From a virus: a stretch of 64,000 nucleotides of DNA. Under the pieces are notes generated by a model. The model was given only the letters and a program-made list of their open reading frames with translations, was not told the origin of the DNA and made no database searches. The DNA lies in the IMG/VR virus record IMGVR_UViG_3300029520_000002. One strand, 5' to 3'. The translations under genes and the position numbers were made by a program. Shown here one piece after another: positions 60,486 to 64,000 of this stretch (within the stretch, counting starts at the first letter, position 1; each line of letters starts with the position of its first letter).

Positions 60486-63400
60486 ATGGCTGACAATACC
60501 ATTGATACCCTTGATATAAAAATTAGCAGTAGTACAGAAAAAGCAGTACGTGCGCTGACTAATCTTTCAAATAAACTCACAGAAGTTAATTCCGCATTAC
60601 GCGGAGCTAATACAAACGGATTACGTAGTTGTGTAAGGGAACTTGGAAAACTAAAAGAACTTGATGTCGGGAAAATGACAAGCATTGCTGATGGAATTGG
60701 AAAATTCTCAAATTCCATAAAGACAATGGGTGGAGTAGATTATAAAGGTTCTGGTCTGAATGCAGTTATCAACTCAATCAACAGGCTTAGCCAGGTTGAT
60801 GTTAGTGGATTTGATTCTGGAAAACTTGGAGAAATAATCCGTCAATTAAGCAATTTGACAGAGATTCCAGATGTATCTTCCGGTGTTAATCGTTTTGTTA
60901 ATTCAATGGCTAGATTAGCCAATTCTGGTGAATATATTGCAAATGTATCGGCTGAATTACCTGCATTGGGAAGTAACTTGAAATTTATCACAGAAAGCTT
61001 TATTGGTGTTGATGGAATTTCAGATTCCGTAAATAGGTTTGTTCAGTCAATTGCACAATTGGCAAGCGCTGGGAATAAAATCGGGCAAACATCAAGCCAA
61101 CTTGGAACACTAGCGAATGAAGTATTGTCGTTCTTCAATGTAATGAAAACTGCGCCAAGAATCAGCGAAAATACAATAAGAATGACAGAAGCTTTGGCAC
61201 AGTTAGCTACTGCAAGCGTAAAAATAAATAAAGCCACAAATTCTCTTTCGAATTCATTTTCGAGATTATCAAATTCCACAAACGGACTTGGAAATGCTGG
61301 GAAAAAGTTATCATCCATGATTGGAGCTGCTAGTTCTGCTTTAACTGGATTTGGAAATAATGCAAACGTAACTTCAAAAAAAGTTGGTTCATTAACTTCA
61401 CAACTTGCCGGATTATATGCGAAATTCTTCACGGTGACAAGAGGAATTAAAGCACTTTGGAATTCTGTAAAGTCTGCATCAGATTATGTTGAAACACTTA
61501 ATTATTTTAATTCTGCGTTCGATCAAGTTACTGATGGATTAGATATCAGCAAATGGCAGAATGCAGGAGTAAAATCCGCAGAGGAATATGTCGGTTCCTT
61601 TGAAAAGCGTGCAAAAGAGCTGACAAAAAAAATGACCGGATTTGAAGTATCAGATGCAGGTGATCTGACTAGAACAAAAGGCGTGAGCCTTGGACTTGAT
61701 CCAAAACAAACGATGAACTATCAAGCTACTTATGCACAGATGGCGTCATCAATGGGGGCAACAGCAGATGCATCAACTAAGGTTTCACAAGCTTTAACAG
61801 AAATCGGAGCAGACCTTGCTTCTGTAAAAAATCTTGAATTCAACGATGTTTGGAATGATATGGCTTCTGGCATAACCGGAATGAGCAGGGCACTTGATAA
61901 ATATGGTATTAATATCCGTGTAGCAAATTTACAACAGGAACTTTATAATCTTGGAATTGACGCTACTGTATCAAGTCTAAGCCAGTCAGATAAAGCTATA
62001 TTAAGAACAATTACAATATTGAATAGTTCTAAATATGCATGGGCTGATTTGGCTTCAACAATTAATCAACCAGCCAACCAGGTTCGTATGTTGAAATCTA
62101 ATTTCGAAGCACTTGGTAGAAGTATCGGAACATTGTTCCTCCCTATTGTTGCAAAAGTACTTCCATATATTAACGGTCTTGTTATGGCATTGGAAAGAGC
62201 TTTTTCTTGGCTCGCAAAACTACTTGGCATTAAGCTATCGGATTATGTATCTTCAACTGGAAAAGCTTCAGTCGATATGGGAGATATTGCAGACAGCACA
62301 GATAATGCTGCATCCGGGCTCGACAATGCAAACGACAATGCGAAGAAATTACAAAAAACTCTTTCTGTTCTTTCCTTCGATGAATTGAACCAGTTGAATG
62401 ATAACAAGACATCAAGTTCAAGTGGAAGCTCGGGCAGCGGGGCTCTGGGAAGTGCCCATATACCAGAACTGGACGCTGCTTTCGATAAAGCACTTTCTGA
62501 TTATCAAAAAGCATGGGATCAAGCATTTGCAAATGTTGAGAATAAAGCGCAAACTGTATCTGATAAGATTATCAAGGCATTTAAACAAATCAGAAAGAAT
62601 GCAAAGCCAACCACTGCCGCAATAAAGAAGCTTTATAATGAAGGTCTAAGCAGACTAGGAAATTTTTCGATTAATGCTTTGAAAAATTTGTGGAAGAATT
62701 ACCTACAGCCAATCGGTAAATGGTCATTATCAAACAACTCAGGACTTCCAAGATTCTTTAACATTACAAATGATTTGCTGACAAAAATCAACTGGTTAAA
62801 GCTCCAAACTTCTTTAGAAGGATTGTTTACTATGCTCCAAAAGCCAACACAATTTGTTTGGACGGGACTTATGGATTTTTACGAGCATTTTCTCGTTCCA
62901 GTCGGAACTTGGACGATGAACGGCGCAATTCCACAATTAGTTGATGCGTTGACCAGTTTCGGAAACAACATTCATTGGGAAGAACTTAATAAATCACTGA
63001 AAAATTTCTGGGATGCATTGGCTCCATTTGCAAAGAATGTAGGACAAGGCATTGTGGATTTTTATAAAGATTTACTTAATGTCGGAGAGAATTTCATCAA
63101 TTCAACTGTTCCTGGAGGTCTAAATTCTATCGCAGAAGCAATAAAAAATATAAGTCCCGAAACAGCACAAGCTATAGGAAAGAGTCTCGGCCAAATTTCT
63201 TTGGCGATTCTAGGATTCAAAGGATTAACCTTTATTGGTGGAATCATTGGAAAAGACAGCCCATTAGGAAAAGGACTTTCTTTACTGGCAAAACATCCTT
63301 ATGCGTCAATGGCACTTGGCATCGGTGGAATCGTACTTGCACTTGATAATTTCGGAGTTATTGATGTTGACTGGGAGTGGATTTGGAGCAGTATTGACCG

Positions 63401-64000
63401 TGTAAAAACCTCAATACAGAATTTTATTGATAAGGTTGATTGGAATGCTGTTGGAACTGCTCTTGGAAATTTATGGTCTGCATTCCAACCATTTGCAGAG
63501 GGATTTGCAGATGCGTTGATTACCGGGCTTGAAGGAATAATTAATATCGGAGCGGATTTAATTAACGGTATTGCAAATGCAATTAATTGGTTGGCTGAAA
63601 AATTAAGTGGAATTGATCCAGAATTTATAAAACAAGTTGGTGCTGCATTTGGAACATTGTTTGCAATCAAAATAGCCAAAGATATTGCCACCAAAATCTT
63701 TTCCTTTGCTAGCGGAATCGGTTCATTAGCTTCAAAACTTTTAAATTTCCCACTTGATACCGCATCTTCTCTTCCCACTATCATCGGTGATATTGGTGGA
63801 GCAGCGGAAACGGCTGGAAATGGCGGGTTTACTACACTTGCAGAAAAGATAAAAAATCTCGGTGATGTCGCACAAACAGCTGGTGGACAATTCCAAGGAT
63901 TTTGGGGATACGCAACTAATTTAGGCGCGACTGCATTTGTCGTGGAAGGTCTTGGACAGGTAAAAAAAGCTATGGACTTTAAAGATTCCACAGCTGACGC
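60486..64000 (+). CDS. tape measure protein (partial, continues beyond the window)
   Basis: ATG after AAAGGAGGGAGA. The frame is open to the window end. Helical, Ala/Ser/Asn-rich repeats (...RFVNSMARLANSG..., ...RFVQSIAQLASAG...). Long antisense shadow ORFs. Confidence 0.8.
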   Translation, partial: MADNTIDTLDIKISSSTEKAVRALTNLSNKLTEVNSALRGANTNGLRSCVRELGKLKELDVGKMTSIADGIGKFSNSIKTMGGVDYKGSGLNAVINSINRLSQVDVSGFDSGKLGEIIRQLSNLTEIPDVSSGVNRFVNSMARLANSGEYIANVSAELPALGSNLKFITESFIGVDGISDSVNRFVQSIAQLASAGNKIGQTSSQLGTLANEVLSFFNVMKTAPRISENTIRMTEALAQLATASVKINKATNSLSNSFSRLSNSTNGLGNAGKKLSSMIGAASSALTGFGNNANVTSKKVGSLTSQLAGLYAKFFTVTRGIKALWNSVKSASDYVETLNYFNSAFDQVTDGLDISKWQNAGVKSAEEYVGSFEKRAKELTKKMTGFEVSDAGDLTRTKGVSLGLDPKQTMNYQATYAQMASSMGATADASTKVSQALTEIGADLASVKNLEFNDVWNDMASGITGMSRALDKYGINIRVANLQQELYNLGIDATVSSLSQSDKAILRTITILNSSKYAWADLASTINQPANQVRMLKSNFEALGRSIGTLFLPIVAKVLPYINGLVMALERAFSWLAKLLGIKLSDYVSSTGKASVDMGDIADSTDNAASGLDNANDNAKKLQKTLSVLSFDELNQLNDNKTSSSSGSSGSGALGSAHIPELDAAFDKALSDYQKAWDQAFANVENKAQTVSDKIIKAFKQIRKNAKPTTAAIKKLYNEGLSRLGNFSINALKNLWKNYLQPIGKWSLSNNSGLPRFFNITNDLLTKINWLKLQTSLEGLFTMLQKPTQFVWTGLMDFYEHFLVPVGTWTMNGAIPQLVDALTSFGNNIHWEELNKSLKNFWDALAPFAKNVGQGIVDFYKDLLNVGENFINSTVPGGLNSIAEAIKNISPETAQAIGKSLGQISLAILGFKGLTFIGGIIGKDSPLGKGLSLLAKHPYASMALGIGGIVLALDNFGVIDVDWEWIWSSIDRVKTSIQNFIDKVDWNAVGTALGNLWSAFQPFAEGFADALITGLEGIINIGADLINGIANAINWLAEKLSGIDPEFIKQVGAAFGTLFAIKIAKDIATKIFSFASGIGSLASKLLNFPLDTASSLPTIIGDIGGAAETAGNGGFTTLAEKIKNLGDVAQTAGGQFQGFWGYATNLGATAFVVEGLGQVKKAMDFKDSTAD

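Noticed and set aside
60296-63991. Long minus-strand ORFs (60296-60718, 61043-61432, 63299-63991), and similar ones at 48140-48799 and 6349-7008.
   Set aside because: They are antisense shadows of low-complexity or coiled-coil + strand genes (tape measure, scaffold, Rad50-like ATPase). They have no SDs.
1-64000. Prophage-host junctions (attL or attR).
   Set aside because: Phage-type genes run to both window edges. No host housekeeping genes and no direct repeats flanking the integrase region were identified.

Overview
The window is a 64-kb slice of a temperate, siphovirus-like dsDNA phage or prophage. The host looks like a low-GC Gram-positive (Clostridia-like) bacterium, judged from GGAGG-type ribosome-binding sites (SDs), low GC content and the gene families present. 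Nearly all genes are on the + strand. Family assignments come from motif recall, not database searches. No rRNA, CRISPR array or phage-host junction was seen.

Layout:
- 0.1-27.5 kb: early, replication, recombination and anti-restriction module.
  - An antirepressor-like gene.
  - A 27-bp tandem-repeat protein.
  - Two paralogous double-OB SSB-like genes.
  - A Rad50/SbcC-like ATPase, a RecT-like gene and a canonical SSB.
  - A complete diversity-generating retroelement (DGR) with two variable regions.
  - An MBL-fold hydrolase.
  - Four DNA methyltransferase genes, one with a broken reading frame.
  - A GIY-YIG endonuclease.
  - YopX, MazG-like and DUF4317-like genes.
  - A replisome organizer and a helicase loader.
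- 27.6-30.3 kb: large serine recombinase and a DUF4417-like gene.
- 30.4-31.1 kb: an ORF-free, A+C-skewed, iteron-bearing region bounded by convergent terminators.
- 31.2-33.0 kb: a minus-strand three-gene operon and a divergent HTH switch with five copies of one operator palindrome.
- 33.0-34.4 kb: a GIY-YIG gene split by an IS5-family element.
- 34.8-35.6 kb: structured, AT-rich non-coding DNA with a late-promoter and leader-terminator candidate.
- 35.6 kb: terS.
- 36.2-44.3 kb: an accessory island holding an HNH endonuclease, an RHH protein, small zinc-ribbon proteins, tRNA-Gln, tRNA-Met, tRNA-Trp, a 0.9-kb structured ORF-free stretch and a LemA gene pair.
- 44.4-50.8 kb: terL, a sigma-like regulator, portal, scaffold, decoration protein, E-like capsid and connector.
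- 50.9-57.1 kb: an atypical cassette of XhlA-like, sigma-like, Q-rich, Gly/Trp-rich, Cys-rich, zincin and fibre genes.
- 57.2-64.0 kb: head-tail genes, a holin-like gene, major tail protein, frameshifted chaperone and a partial tape measure.

Three ORFs are broken at poly-A runs, which could be real or homopolymer sequencing errors.
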